Of a DNA stretch of 64,000 nucleotides, positions 27,583 to 44,826 are shown piece by piece; position 1 is the first letter of the stretch, and each line of letters opens with the position of its first letter. The stretch comes from Octopus vulgaris (taxonomy: Eukaryota): positions 40,362,001 through 40,426,000 of the forward strand of contig OX597834.1 in NCBI GenBank assembly GCA_951406725.2. The letters run 5' to 3'. The notes under the pieces were generated by a model. It searched no databases. It was not told the DNA's origin and worked only from the letters and a program-made list of their open reading frames with translations. The position numbers were made by a program, and so were the translations under genes.

Positions 27583-27919
27583 CTTTTAAGACGGTGCTCC
27601 AGTATGGCCGCAGTCAAATCACTGAAACGAGGAAAAGGAAAAAGAATAAAAGAATATATATATATGTATATATATATATGTATGTGTATGTCTGTATGTA
27701 TATCTATCTGTCTATCTATCTTCCCTTCGAAGTTACTGTCGTCACTATTCTCCTTTTAAAAGAATAATAAATATGTTGTACTCTATCAAAAAAATATCGA
27801 ATAATTCTTCAGTTTAATGTCAAAGTTTATTTTTCATTTCATAATTCGACATAAAAACAAACATTACTACGCACGCTCGCACACACAAACATATTTATAT
27901 ATATATATACATACATAAA

Positions 27920-27968
<49 letters not shown>

Positions 27969-28869
27969 TTATTTATTTTTATATATATATATTTATTTAT
28001 TTATATATATATATCGTACGTATGTGTTTGCTTGTGTATGTAAAAGTGTGCGTGTATTTGATTGCAGATTCTTCTTTAATAAGCGGAATTGTATTTCCAA
28101 ACATTACCATTTAATAAGAATGCATTCTGGAATGGAATCTAAGCCTGCATTGATGCAGTCGGGTGTTTTGTATATAGCTAATGAATATCGTTGGCTTCGG
28201 ATTACAATTCGACATCTCAAACGATGCCCCTGGGGCAAAGTCTTAAATGTCGAAAGATCTTTTATATTTTTTTTTCTTTTATTTTGTACGATTACCAATA
28301 TTTGTTCTTAAATGTTGCTTACATATTTTGAAGTAAAATGATTTTGAAATAGAACAGCGTAGGGATTTGAGAAGAAATGTATTTATGTATGTATCTAGGA
28401 TATGGAAGGAAATTCCAAACAGGCTTCCATATTTCAAAACTAATATTTGAAGTTTTGAAATAAATTTCAGTTAATAAAGGCAATCAGTCAGCGAAGGAGA
28501 GAGGGAAAGAGTAATACACGTTTATACGTACATACATACATACATACATACATACATACATACATACATACATACATACATACATACATGCGTACATAAT
28601 ACATACATACATACATATACATACATACATACATACATACATAATACATACATACATACATACATACATACATACATACATACATACATACATACATACA
28701 TACGTACATACATACGTACGTACATACATACATACATACATACATACATACGTACGTACATACATTCATACATACATACATACATACATACATACATACA
28801 TACATACATACATACATACATAAATACATACATACGTACGTACATAGATACATGCGAGTATATGTATAA

Positions 28870-29030
28870 AGGTGCAGGCGTGGCTGTGTGGTGAGAAATT
28901 CGATTCCCTGTCACATAGTTCCGGGTTCAGTCCCACTGCGTGGCACGTTGGACAAGTGTCTTCTGCTATAGTCTCAGGCCGGCCAAAGCCTTGTGAGCAG
29001 ATGTGGTAGACGGAAACTGAAGAAAAGCCT

Positions 29031-29035
<5 letters not shown>
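28870..29035 (+). mobile_element. Family B SINE 5' half
   Basis: GGTGCAGGCGTGGCTGTGTGG...GGAAACTGAAG. Confidence 0.75.
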
Positions 29036-29089
<54 letters not shown>

Positions 29090-29244
29090 GCATACATAAG
29101 GACTACAACACGAAAAGTGGACAGTCCTTAATTGGTATATATAAATATTTTAATCTTCGGATTCTTTTTTAATATGCTAGACCACTGGTCTTAATTGATA
29201 AATATCAATTTCTACCCTTAATTAATTACACACACACACACACA

Positions 29245-29280
<36 letters not shown>

Positions 29281-29286
<6 letters not shown>

Positions 29287-29690
29287 GAATAGGTATTTCG
29301 CCCGTCGTTCCGTTCTGAATTCAAATTCCGCCGAGGTCGATCTTACCTTTGATCCTTCCGAGGTCGATGAAATAAGTAGCAGTTGAACACTGGTGTCGAT
29401 GTCGTCGATTCATCCCCACCTCCACCAAGCTACCCCTGTGGCAAAAATTTGGAATAACCATTATGATTAATATTGTTAAAATGGCGGCTAGCTAACAGAG
29501 ACGTTACCGCACCGAGTCAATTACTTAGCGACATTTCATCCGTCTTTATTTTCTCAGCCCAAATACCGCTGAGGTCGACTTTACTTCTCATCATTTCGGG
29601 GCCGTTGAGGACTGGGGGTTGATGTAACCGACTTAAGCCCTTCTCTCCAGGTTGCTGGCCTTGCTTCAAAATTTGAAACCATTACTATAT
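29281..29690 (+). mobile_element. Two degenerate family A SINE copies
   Basis: GGTATTTCG...TTCAAATTCCGCCGAGGTCGA... and ATGGCGGCTAGC...GAGGTCGACT...AAAATTTGAAACC. Confidence 0.65.
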
Positions 29691-30334
29691 TGTGTGTGTC
29701 TGTGTTAATGTTTTCATTGGTGGAAAGAGTCATCAGTGGGAAAATAATTAGATCTACAATTAAAACGTTTTCATTGAACGAAAATATCAAAAAATGTTTG
29801 TTTTTGGTTTTTGATTATTTCTTTTTTAGTTTTTATTTTAAAATAATTTCTTTCTCTTTTCTCTTAATTTGTCTATTTCATTGGAGAGATTAATTAATTA
29901 ATTAAATATATTTTTTATGAAAATTGTATTTCGAAAACTTCTAACAAATATTTTCTTTCGCGAGATTTCTTTTCCTTTACAAAATTATTTTTCTTTGATT
30001 TTGTTTTAGTTATTGTTATTGTTGTTGTTGTTTGTTTTGTTATGCTACGATTTTGAATTTTAATGAGATGCATATATATGGTTATGCGTGTATATACGCG
30101 TGACCTTGTGTCGTATTTATACGCGCACGCACTCACACACACGCACATAACACACACATATATACGCACGCATGATATATATATATATATGCATGTATAT
30201 ATATATATGTATAGAAATGTATGCATGTATAGAAATATATGTATATATATATACACGCGCACACACATACATATATATTCATATGTACATATATATATAA
30301 ATATACATATATATATATATATACACACACACGA

Positions 30335-30337
30335 ATG

Positions 30338-30415
<78 letters not shown>

Positions 30416-30432
30416 TTAATATTAATAATAAT

Positions 30433-30501
<69 letters not shown>

Positions 30502-30535
30502 TATAATAATAATAATAATAATGATGATGATGATG
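30335..30535. repeat. (TAA)n array
   Basis: Directly visible. Confidence 0.95.
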
Positions 30536-30799
30536 GACAAGACAAAGAGCGCGATACGACTGCAATAGATATTTTATTGGTTGAACGATATTTCGACAGC
30601 AAGCCCGTCTTTGTCGAGTTCAAAATAAAAAGTGATAAAAAATTCAAAATTATAGAAATTCAAATGACTGAAACAAATAAAAGAATAAATGAATATGTAA
30701 CACACGCTGTGTTTCTTCGCAGCTTCCGGGGCTAAGACACTGCGCGTTGGGGCTGAACCGGAAGTTATGTAGCTGGGGAGCAAACCTCTTTGCACACAT

Positions 30800-30985
30800 C
30801 CATGCCTATATATACAGCATTACTCTCTTTCTCTGTTGTAGGATTACTCATTTGTATCTGAGTGGAGTGGAGCAATGTGAAACGAAATGTTTAACTCTAA
30901 AAAAAGACATCGCACCGCCCGGTCCGTGAATCGAAACAACGACCACAAGATCGTGAATGCAACACCCTGACCATTAGGCCATACG
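30800..30985 (-). mobile_element. Degenerate tRNA-derived SINE
   Basis: Minus strand GTATGGCCTAATGGTCAGGGTGTTGCATTCACGATC...GTTTCGATTC resembles tRNA A and B boxes. Confidence 0.5.
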
Positions 30986-31727
30986 ACTGGTTATAATTCT
31001 AACGTTTCTTGTAGGACTTTATGACAAGGAAAGTATGATATTGCTATAGTTTACTTCAATTTCTGTGACTAGATGTCAAATACCAATCTGTCTATGAAGC
31101 TTTTCTAAATTTAATTAGCTAATTTAATTATTTGCCACTAATTAACTCAAACTATTCAAACACAAAGTGTTCAAGAACTGTACGATTATATATATTTTTA
31201 TTAAATCAACGACCGAATGTTTGTTGCTTTCCTTTTTTACTATATTTTTGCACTACGTTTAGCTCGGGAAAATTTTCACCCGTCTCCAGGTACAATCTTT
31301 ATTTCACCATAAGTGTTTCGAAAGGGATGTAGACGTCGCATTTTGTTGTAAGGTTGTTTAGAACATCATTGCTCAGATCCACTTGAATATTCCTACTATG
31401 ATCGACATTTACTAGATTTGACTGTACATAGTTCATTAGTGCAGTTAGTAGTGTTTCTATTATCGTGAAGCAAGTGTTTCCATTCTGTGCATTGTATTCC
31501 GCTTCCAAATTTATCAACGAAAAGTTCGGCACATAGTTTCACGGCTTGTATGTGAATGTTCTTCAACTCGTACGTTATGCTTATTTACTTCATCGTTTCA
31601 TATTTTCGTAATGTAGGTTATTCCAGAGCGTTCATTTACGAAGACACTGCTTAAGTTTGGACCGTTGGTGTATATATATTCTACATTATTTACATTTGAC
31701 GGATATTTGCCCTCGTCTTGTTTGTTG

Positions 31728-31777
31728 TTAACACAACGTTTCGGCTGATATACCCTCCAGCATTCATCAGGTGTCTT
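31728..31777 (-). ncRNA. Minimal type I hammerhead motif in a Penelope-like fragment (~31680-31820)
   Basis: Minus strand reads gacac-CUGAUGA-a-uGCUG-gaggguauau-CAGCc-GAAAC-GUU-guguu. Stem III is the loopless palindrome ACGU, and the closing pair of stem II is mutated. Confidence 0.65.
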
Positions 31778-31829
31778 GGGGAAATTTCGAACCCGGGTTC
31801 TCATTCCTAAGGTATTTTTTGATGTTATA

Positions 31830-32960
<1,131 letters not shown>

Positions 32961-33042
32961 GTCATTACTATTATTATTATCGTTCTGTTTTGCCATTTCT
33001 TGTTGTTTTTATATTAGCGCTTGTGGCCAATAAAAGAATTTA

Positions 33043-33097
<55 letters not shown>

Positions 33098-33189
33098 TAT
33101 TATTATTATTATTATTATCTTTATTATTATTAGTATTAGTATTATAAATACTGTGGCTGTCGCCGTCGTCGTCTTAGTAGTAGTAGTAA

Positions 33190-33248
<59 letters not shown>

Positions 33249-33731
33249 TCACCACCACCACTGCGAAGAAAGACGGCTCGAGTTCAAAGGCTTGCATATA
33301 CAATGGTAAGAAAAAGACGTGTTTGGGTGTTTATGTTAGAAGTGTAGAAAGGAAAACGGTTGCGTGGGATGGGGTCGGGGAGGGGTGAGTGGGTGGGGGT
33401 TAGGTGAGGGGGTGGGGTTTAGGTGATGTACAGCTAAGATACGAATCCCTTTTTCATCACTTTCACACTCCCTCCTAAATATTCTTCAGTTGAAAGAGAT
33501 GCGAATGAATATGCTCTCGGTGGTGGTGGTGGTGGTGGTGTTGGGTGTGGAGGTGGTGGTGGTGGTGGTGTTAGGTGTTGTGGTGGTGTTGTTGTTGGGT
33601 GCGGTGGTTGTGGTGAATGTAGTGATGGTGTGAATGTATATACGTGATTGTGAGTGCGAATATTTGTGTATATTAGTGTGTGCGTGTATGTATATATATA
33701 TACATATATATATACATATACACACACACAC

Positions 33732-33777
<46 letters not shown>

Positions 33778-33800
33778 ATATATGTGTATATATATATATG

Positions 33801-33866
<66 letters not shown>

Positions 33867-34111
33867 TGTGTGTATGTGTATGTAAGTATATCATATATAT
33901 AACATATATATACAAAGATATGGACATTTACAAATATACGCGTAAGTATGTATATATATATATATATAAATTTATGTGTGTGCATGCGTACATTATATAC
34001 ATGTATATGTACATACATAAACATGTACATGCATTCACTCACACACAGGTAATCACACATTTATATGTATATATATATGTGTGTGAGAGTAAGTGTGCAT
34101 ACATACATAGG

Positions 34112-34155
<44 letters not shown>

Positions 34156-34227
34156 TATATCCATATATATGTATGTGTCTGTGTATACGTAAATATATAC
34201 GCACATAAACACACATACACGCACGCA

Positions 34228-34265
<38 letters not shown>

Positions 34266-34555
34266 CACACATATATATATATATATATATATACATACAC
34301 ACATACACATGTATACATACATACAAACATACAATAAAACGCTCCTCCACCTGGTGAGATGGTAAAGAGATGATAATCTAATTCGCAAGAAATCGATATA
34401 TTTTTTTCTCCAAAATAACACATTCTCTGCCTATTTCCTTAGTAATTTGCCTTTAATGAAATCCACCCCATCCCTGTTTCTTATGCTCTACCCCCCTTCA
34501 CTGTCCCCTATTTCCAACCTTTTCTCTCTATCCTTTACACTCAGCCCTAATAATA

Positions 34556-34616
<61 letters not shown>

Positions 34617-34839
34617 ACCAAATTTATAAATCCGGGAAAATCGATTGAAACCAATTTCAAAACCTCTTCAAATTAGATCGCAACAGTGTGTATGTAGATA
34701 TTCACACCTGTAGACACACAGACACACACAAATACTCGCGAGCACACACTTATCTAGATGTATATGTATGTATATAACTGTGCATGTATATGTATGTATA
34801 TTTATATATATGTATACATATATGCATCGCTAGCCACTA

Positions 34840-35008
34840 CACATTCTTTGTTTTCTCTCCTTGTTTCTTTCTGTGTTCCCTTCAATGGAAGAGCGTAAGC
34901 TCGAAATGTTAAAGGCTTTTTCACTTACCGGGCGTTAAACTAATACACCTGTTTGCTGTCTACAGCACCTGTCTTTCGCCTTTTGTTTTTATTTGTGAAT
35001 TCTCCCTA
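34840..35008 (+). mobile_element. Penelope-like fragment with a decayed hammerhead motif
   Basis: cctt-caatgga-a-GAGC-gtaa-GCTC-GAAAT-GTT-aaagg. The downstream part is also present inverted at ~25565-25635. Confidence 0.45.
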
Positions 35009-35013
35009 TATAT

Positions 35014-35053
<40 letters not shown>

Positions 35054-35136
35054 ATATATATATATATGTATGTATATGTATATATATATATACATATATA
35101 TATATATAGATATAGATATATATATGTGTGTATGTT

Positions 35137-35192
<56 letters not shown>

Positions 35193-35596
35193 CATGTATG
35201 TATGTATATGTGCAGATTTGTATGGTTTGTTTTATGCATGTATTCTCATGCATATAGATGCATATCTAGACATGCTCATATATATTTAAATGATAAACTT
35301 CTGGAAAGTTTTACAGATTTTTACAGTTCCAGTGATGGATTGGATCTGTAGTCTTTGAGTCAGCCTTCCGTTGCTGGTTTTGAGACGCCTAATTTCTCAA
35401 AATTGGTATTTAGGCAGTGTGTTACATAACCCAGTTCCCCAATAATTTCAGGTGCAATGTGTATGTGTCTATGTATGTATGTGTATGCGTATACATATAT
35501 ATATGTATATATGTATGTATACATATATCTATATATGTATGAATGGATAGATATGTTGTGTATGTGAGTATGTATGTATGCATCTATGTATGTTTG

Positions 35597-35647
<51 letters not shown>

Positions 35648-35900
35648 TCATCTATATATGTATGGATGGATGGATATGGGTATGAGTATATATGTATGTT
35701 TATATGTATATGTATGTCGATTTCGTGATATATAAAAACCCATTAAAATTACTAAATGGACTTTTATAATCAACGGAGATAGTAACGAAAGAAAGGAACT
35801 ATTTCACCAACTGGGAACATTACTCCCTCTTCAGCTATCTAATCCGGTATCTTCCTCGTTTCGACACCAAAACGTATAATCACTTCTTCCGACAGTATCA

Positions 35901-35967
<67 letters not shown>

Positions 35968-36488
35968 TACACACATCGTAAATTCACCGAGTCGAAGGTA
36001 CTTTTAAGCATATATACGTATCATTATGAATAATTTACCATTACGCGCACCTATACACGCACCTATACATGCACTCACACGCGGACTTCCAGCACGCACG
36101 CACACGCAGCCCCCCCCCCTATGCACACAATCATGAGCAAATTTTTATTTGAAGTTCGTTTACAAAGGTTATACGTATATTCTTCTTCGTCGAGATGTCG
36201 TGTCATCCTATCATCTCCTCCTCCGCATATTTTGATATCCCTCTGCCTTCAACTCATCTCCCCCCCATCCTCGTGCTCCTCCTTTCTTCCATTGCTTTCA
36301 AATAAAGGAGAAAGCAAACATATGTGAGAAAGGAACGAATGTATATATATATATATATACATTCGTTAATTTCTCACATATATATACATGTGTATATATA
36401 TATATGTGCATATAAACATACATACATACATACATACATACAGATATATGTATGTATATATATATATATATATATATATACATACAAA

Positions 36489-36520
<32 letters not shown>

Positions 36521-36631
36521 CATGCATATATAATATATATAAATATATATATATGAAATATATATATGTATATATACATACAAACATACGTGACTGCATG
36601 CGTAAGAATGTGTGTATGTACGTGTGTGCAC

Positions 36632-36674
<43 letters not shown>

Positions 36675-36773
36675 CATATATGTATATATGCATATATCCA
36701 CATATATATGGATTTATATATATACAGATATATATGTATGTATATATTTATATATACATATACATATACATAT

Positions 36774-36833
<60 letters not shown>

Positions 36834-36994
36834 CATACATACATCAACAGAAAACAGTTGTTTGCAGAACCATATAGTATAGATTTATGCAAATGTCGGG
36901 TGTATGAATGCATTTATATATATATATATATATATATACATATATGTATATCAACAGCACACGCATGTGCACAAAATGCAGAGATAGAAGTGTT

Positions 36995-37026
<32 letters not shown>

Positions 37027-37450
37027 ATATGCATTATATAAGCACCACAAAGACTCGTACATAATACATCTGAAGCGTTTAAAAATCTGGCTGAGTCGGA
37101 ATGTTAGTGTCAAAGACATGGGGTTTTTTTCTTGTTTCTTTTTGTGTTATTTTTTTCTTTTTAATGTGACTGTCATAAGGTATTAAATTTATTGGAAGAT
37201 AAATGGCAGAAGATAAATGGTAAAAGATAGTTGGGGGGGGGAAGAAATCTAAAATCAGAGACAAAAATATGAATTCTCACTTTTGTTAGAAAAGAATTGA
37301 ATGGTGGTTGCGGAGTGTGTGGGGGTGGTGGGGGGGGGGGGGTGAGGCAAGAAAAAATTGGAAACCGTTTGACGGGAAAGACGAACGATTAACGGAAAGA
37401 CTATAAATATAATAACGTATTCGAAGGAGGCATACGTATATATATGTATG

Positions 37451-37500
<50 letters not shown>

Positions 37501-37573
37501 TGTATGTATATATATATATATATACACATATATATATATATATATATGTATGTATATATATATATATATATAT

Positions 37574-37613
<40 letters not shown>

Positions 37614-37633
37614 ACATACACATACATACATAC

Positions 37634-37676
<43 letters not shown>

Positions 37677-37787
37677 GTATATATACACCCACACACATAT
37701 ATATATATATATATGTATATATGTATATATATATATATACATATATATTTATCTATCTATATATACACCCACCCACACACATACATA

Positions 37788-37838
<51 letters not shown>

Positions 37839-38062
37839 ATATGTATATATGTATATATATATATATATTATCTATCTATATATATATACACCCACCCACA
37901 CACATACATATATGTATATATATATATATGTGTGTGTGTGTGAATTATACACACACTAGGGTCGATGTAATCAACTAGTTCCCTCATCCAAAACTTCAGG
38001 CTTTGTGCCTATGGTAGGAAGGATTATTGTGTGTGTGTGTATGTGTGTACACACAAACATAC

Positions 38063-38107
<45 letters not shown>

Positions 38108-38254
38108 CATATGTTATATATATATATATATATATATGTATATACATAATATGTATATATGTATATATATATGTATGTATATATATATACATACATAACC
38201 ATATATACATATATATATATATATGTATATATATATGTATATATATATGTATAT

Positions 38255-39010
38255 ATATATATATTTATATACATAGATTTGTATATGATATTGTGTATAA
38301 TATGTAGGTACATATACAGGCATGTATATGCAAGTGTACACGCATATATGTATAGATGACTATCTATGTGTGTGTGGGTGTGTGCGTGCGTGCGCGTACA
38401 TGTGTGTGTATGTCATTTATTAAAAAATACGTAGATACATGCGTACATACATATACATATGTATACGTGTACATATATATATGTGTGAGTGTGTGTGTGC
38501 ATGCGTTTGCATGTATGTATGTATATATATATATGCATGCACACGGACATATATATATTTCATTGTTTATGTTATATATACTATATATATAATATATGTA
38601 TATACATACATGTATGTATATATGTATATATATGCATGTATGTATATATGTATATACATACATACATATGCATATATACATATATATAAATATATGTATA
38701 TATATATATGTATATAAATATATTTATATACATAGATTTGTATATGATATTGTGTATAATATATATGTACATATACAGGCATGTACATGCAAGCGTACAC
38801 GCATATATGTATAGATGTATATCTATATGTGTATGTGTCTGTGCGTGCGTGCGCGTGCGTGCGCGTGCATGTGTGTTTATGTCATTTATTAAAAAATACG
38901 TAGATGCATGCGTACATACATATATATATATATGTATACGTGTACATATATATATGTGTGTGTGTGCATGCGTATGCATGTATGTATGTATATATATATA
39001 TGCATGCACA
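38255..39010. repeat. Local tandem duplication (~460-bp period) within microsatellite DNA
   Basis: CATAGATTTGTATATGATATTGTGTATAAT at ~38272 and ~38731; GTCATTTATTAAAAAATACGTAGAT at ~38412 and ~38881. Confidence 0.8.
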
Positions 39011-39142
39011 CAGACATACACACGCACACGCACGCACACGCACGCACACACACACGCTCAGACAAAAATTTCATACCCACATATATCTTACAGTTATTGA
39101 AAGTGCTGTGTGATTCGATATGGTCGTGACACGCATATGCAC

Positions 39143-39271
<129 letters not shown>

Positions 39272-39455
39272 ATTCAGTTTTGGGTATCAATAGATATGCG
39301 GGTATTCTATTTGTAGATAAATATATAAATATATGATAAATAAGACCCCAAGGTACGATGTGCAGATATATATAATGCTGAAGGGTTGTACCTGATTGAT
39401 TTGGAAATTTTTTTCCAAAATTATATATATATATATACATACACACACACACACA

Positions 39456-40500
39456 CGACGGGTTTCGTTCAGTTTCCGTCTACCAAATCCATTCATAAGT
39501 CTTTGGTCGGCCCAAGGCTATAGTAGAAGACAATTGCCCAAGGTGCCACGCAGTGGAACTGAACCCAAATCCATGCGGTTCTTAGCACACAGCCTCGCCT
39601 GCGTCTTGACTATTTTTCGCTTGCAGTGTTTTATTTGTTACAGTCATTAAAACTGCGACCATACTGGAGCATAGCTTTGAAGTGTCTAATCGAATATAAC
39701 GACTCCAGTTGTATTTTTTTTCTTTTTTAAAACTTGGCACTTATTCTATCGGCCCTCTCTTTGCCGAACTGCTAAGTTGTGGGGACGTCAGCAAACCAAC
39801 AACCAAAGGAAAATCTGTAATGGTGTTTATCTGCTCGATTGAAACTCTACGAGACAGTACTCCAGCATGGCCGCGATCTAGTGACTGAAACAAGTTAAAG
39901 ATAAAATATAGAAAAGAATTTGTAGATGGGGGTTCTTCTTCCAATAATCCTTTCTATTATAGGCACAAGGCCTGAAATTTGGGGGAGGGGGACGGTCGAT
40001 CACATAGACCCTAGTACTCAACTGGTACTTAATTTATCGACTCCGGAAGGATGAAAGGCTAAAGTCGACCTTGGCGGAATTTGAACTCAGAACGTAGCGA
40101 CGGGCGAAATACCGCTAAGCATTTCGTCCAGCGTACTGGCGATTCTGCTGTTTCAAGAACCGATACTGCAACGATGAGATTGAAACAGTGGATCACCTAA
40201 CTACTCAACTGGTATTTATTATATCGATCTCGAAATGACGAAAGGCAAAGTCGATCGCGTCAGAATTTGAACTCAGAACGTGAAGACCAGCAAAATGATA
40301 TCGGTGTGACACAAAGCCATCAACCTCGGGAGAGGGGATAAATCGATTACATCGGCCCCAGTGCTCAACTGGTACGCCGAAAGGATGAAAAACAAGGTCG
40401 ACCTCGAGGGAATTTGAACTCAGAACGTAAAGACGAACGAAACGCCGCCTAAGCGTTTTTCCCGATGTGCTAACGATTCTACCAGCTCGCCGCCTTAACA
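39456..40500 (-). mobile_element. Cluster of family B and family A SINE fragments
   Basis: Reverse-complement matches to the B head (39456-39605), the B 3' module (39620-39805) and A copies (39945-40140, 40205-40500). Confidence 0.75.
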
Positions 40501-40949
40501 GACGACACAATATCGAAGACGATCCTTATGCTGTAACGTCATTAAGACACAAGAAGTTGAACAAAAACAAAACAAAAAAACAAAAAGAATGCTAGTCTCA
40601 ACAGAATTAAAATGGCAGCTGTTGCAGGTAATTTTTTTTTATTCAGGAAATAGTGACAAATAAAAGAGAAATCAATGGATATTGTTCTGGATGAGGAAGA
40701 AATAGTTCACCATCCTGTAGAATTTCAAAATTCATTGGAGCCTTCAGGTCTTCAACTACACAGTCTTCGTAAACAACGCAAACATCACAGAGTTTTGGAT
40801 AAAAGAAAAAAAGAAAATTAAGGAATCCCCAATAACGCTGCTGCGCATACAGGAACTCAGCCATACATACATACATATATATACATAGATATATACGCAT
40901 ACATACACACGCAGATACATATGACATGTAGATAAATAGACTGACAGAT

Positions 40950-40995
<46 letters not shown>

Positions 40996-41005
40996 ATCTA
41001 TCTAT

Positions 41006-41068
<63 letters not shown>

Positions 41069-41142
41069 GCATATACATATATACATACACACACATACAC
41101 ACATATAGATACACTGACAGACAGACAGATAGATAGATGAAC

Positions 41143-41202
<60 letters not shown>

Positions 41203-42009
41203 GTATATGTGTATGTATGTACGTATGCATGCATACATGTATGCATGTATGCGTGTATGTATATATGTATGTATGTTTGTGTGTGTGTGTATGCATGTGT
41301 GCATGTGCGCATGCGTGCATGTGCATAAGGAGCGATGACTGCGAAAGGGAAGTGGCGAAAGTCCCGGATGTTATAATGTCAGCCTGAAACTGTTCAGTTG
41401 ACTTAATTTGAATTCTGGCGGAGTAATTTAGTGAGTCATTGTTATAGGGTAGAGACACCTGGCGGTGGTGGGTGGTTTTAGAGATGGCGGCGGCAGTGGT
41501 AGTGATGGTGGCGATGGTGATCCTTTGGCTGTGGTGGCGGTGGTGGCTGTGATGGTGGTTGTTGTTGTGGTGGTGGTTGTGGTGGTGGTTGATGTTTTGG
41601 CTGTTGTTGTTGTTGTGGTGGTGGTTGTAGTAGTGGTGGTGGTGCTGCTGGTTGTGGTAGTGGCGGTTGTGGTTGTAGTGGTGATGGTGGTGGTGGTGGT
41701 AGTGGTGGCTTGGTGGTGACCAAGGTGATGTTTGTGATGATGGTGATTTAGGTGGTTTTGGTGGTTTTTCTGGTGGTGGTGGTGGTGGTGGTGGTGGTGG
41801 TGGTGGAGGTGGTGGTGGTGGTGGTGGTGGTGCTGCTGCTGCTGCTGATGGCGGTGGTGGCTGGAAGAAAGAGAGGATTAAGAAACGATTAGAGAAGGGT
41901 GAAGAAAATACGAAAATGAATGTTTGGAAACGAAAAAAATGAAATGAAAGAAAGAAAAAGGCTATTAAGAAAGAATTATAAAAGAAATCACTTGTGAAAG
42001 AATTGTGGA

Positions 42010-42960
42010 AGAAGACTGAAGAAATATGAACATGAATGAAGCGAACGAAAATGTTGAAAGATTGAAAAAGGAAAGAACGGGAGAAAAAATAGGAGAAACG
42101 AAAAATATAGGTGATGTAGAAAGAAGGAAATTTAAGGAGAAAAATAACGAATGAAGAAACATGTATATGAATGAAACGAAGGAAATATTGAAAGATGGGA
42201 AGGAAGAATGTGTGAAGGAATGAATGCGAGAAAAGAAGAGGAAGAATATTGGAAAGAGAGGAAAAAGGACAAGAAGGAAAGAAATGAAATCTAGTAATTA
42301 CAGAAGGGGGAAAATTTCGAAAGAAGAAATATTTATGTGAATGAAATGAAGGAAATTTTGAAAGAGGGAAATGAAGGACATGTGCTGGAATGAACGAGAG
42401 AAAAGGAGTAGAATATAGGAAAGAGAGGGAGAAGGAAAAGAAAGAAATGAAATTTAAGAAGCATAGAAGGAGAAAAATATTGAATGAAGAAATATGTTTA
42501 TGAATGAAAGGAAGGAAAATGTTGAAAAATAGAAAAGAAAAATGTGTGAAGGAATGAATGCGAGAAAAGAAGAAGAATATTAATATAAGAAAGAAAGAAA
42601 GAAAGAAAAGAAGGATAGGAACGAAATCTAATAATTATAGAAAGAGAAAAATATTGAACGAAGAAATATTTATATGAATGAAATGAAGGAAATATTGGAA
42701 GATGGGGAGGAAGAATGTAGGAGGGAATGAATGAAAGAAAAGAAGGAGAATATAGGAAAGAGAGGAAGGAGGAGAAGAAGGAAAGGAATGAAATTTAATA
42801 ATTATAGAAAGAGAAAGATTTCGAATGAAGAAATATGTATATGAATGAAACGAAGGAAATATTGAAAGATGGAAAGGAAGAATGTGTGAAGGAATGAATC
42901 CGAGAAAAGAAGAGGAAGAATATCAGAAAGAGAGGAAGGAGGAAAAGAAAACTTTCGAAG
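42010..42960. repeat. Purine-rich minisatellite, ~165-175-bp unit, about 5-6 copies
   Basis: The motif TGAATGAAA.GAAGGAAA recurs at ~42167, 42338, 42501, 42675 and 42842. Confidence 0.85.
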
Positions 42961-43132
42961 CGTAATCAAGAAGAAGAAAGAAGGAATAAAATATGGAAAC
43001 AAAAAAACAAAGGGAGAGAGACTATGTTACGGCTGATTGGGGAATGTTTATTAATCATCATAATCATCATCATCGTTATCGTCATTACTGTCATCGTTTG
43101 TCATTATCATCATCATCATCTTCATTATCGTT

Positions 43133-43184
<52 letters not shown>

Positions 43185-43230
43185 CCATCATCATCACCAT
43201 CATCATTATCATTATCATTATTATCCTCAT

Positions 43231-43268
<38 letters not shown>

Positions 43269-43430
43269 CCATCATCATCACCATCATCATTATCATCATC
43301 ATTATTATCCTCATAATCATCATCATCATCATCATCATCATCATTATTATCCTCATAATCATCACCACCACCATCATCATCATCATCATCATCATCATTA
43401 CCATCATCATCACCATCATCATTATTATCC

Positions 43431-43461
<31 letters not shown>

Positions 43462-43858
43462 TATCATCATCTTCATCATCGTTATCATCATCATCATCAT
43501 AAGGGAGGAGAAGGAAGTGATGATGAGGATGGATGGATGGATGGTGGTGGTGGTGGTGGTGGTCATTGTACGTAGAGGTGTGATGGTAATTTTTGTTGTC
43601 GGTGAGGGTGAGGGTGACAACGGCGACGAGGGTGATGACGATGACGTTGATGATGGTGGTGGCAATGATGATGATGATGACGACGACGACGACGAGGAGG
43701 GGGAAGAGGAGGAAGAGGAGGAAGAGGAGGAAAAGATGAAACCAACAAGATGCAGACGAAAAATAGAAAAAGATAAACAAATAAAAACATCAAAAAAGAG
43801 AAAACGGAAAACAATAACAATAAGAAAATTCAAACAAAACGAACGAACGAACGAACGA

Positions 43859-43902
<44 letters not shown>

Positions 43903-43910
43903 ACGAACGA

Positions 43911-43945
<35 letters not shown>

Positions 43946-44244
43946 GGTAGTGGAGGGGTGGGGCGGAAGTGGTAGTGGTGGTGGTGGTGGTGGTGATATT
44001 AGGTTTGCAGAAGGAATTGGTAAGAAGGACGGCCAGGAGGTGGATGGAAATGGTGCCATTAATATTGGTTGGTGGAAAAAGTAATGAAGTTTGAGGTGAG
44101 AGATGGATTCCTATTTGGGGAATGGTAAGTTTGGATTGGAAGGAAGAAGGAGAGAGAGGAGTGTGACGGGCATCACTTTGGCGAGTTAATGGACGGCAGG
44201 ACTGAATAAACATATAACACACACACACACACAGATACAATATG

Positions 44245-44295
<51 letters not shown>

Positions 44296-44354
44296 CATAT
44301 ATACATACATATATATACATATATATATATGCATATATACATGCATATATATGC

Positions 44355-44423
<69 letters not shown>

Positions 44424-44590
44424 CACATATACATATTTGCATACTACATATATGCTTATATATATACATACATAGATACATATACATATACAGTATATAC
44501 ATGCATATATATATATATACATATATATGTTTATGTACATGAGTATGTGTGTGTACGTGCGCGTTTGTGTATATATCTATATATGCACCT

Positions 44591-44644
<54 letters not shown>

Positions 44645-44775
44645 GTATATATATATATACACAGACATATGTAAATATATACATGTATGTACATGTGGAT
44701 GTATATATATATATATATATATATGCACGTATGTATGCGTGTATATATACATATTTACACATATATATGCGTATA

Positions 44776-44826
<51 letters not shown>

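Noticed and set aside
29097-29132. AAGGACT...GAAA...AGTCCTT stem in a repeat shared with 51245-51330
   Set aside because: The catalytic CUGANGA is absent; at most this is a deleted remnant.
31032-31090. TGACTAGATG, a miR-279-like seed on the 3' arm of a weak hairpin
   Set aside because: The 5' arm pairs poorly with a large bulge, and the rest does not match the miR-279 sequence as I know it.
42010-42960. Regularly spaced repeats considered as a CRISPR-like array
   Set aside because: Whole units are homologous with no unique spacers, the context is eukaryotic, and there are no cas genes.
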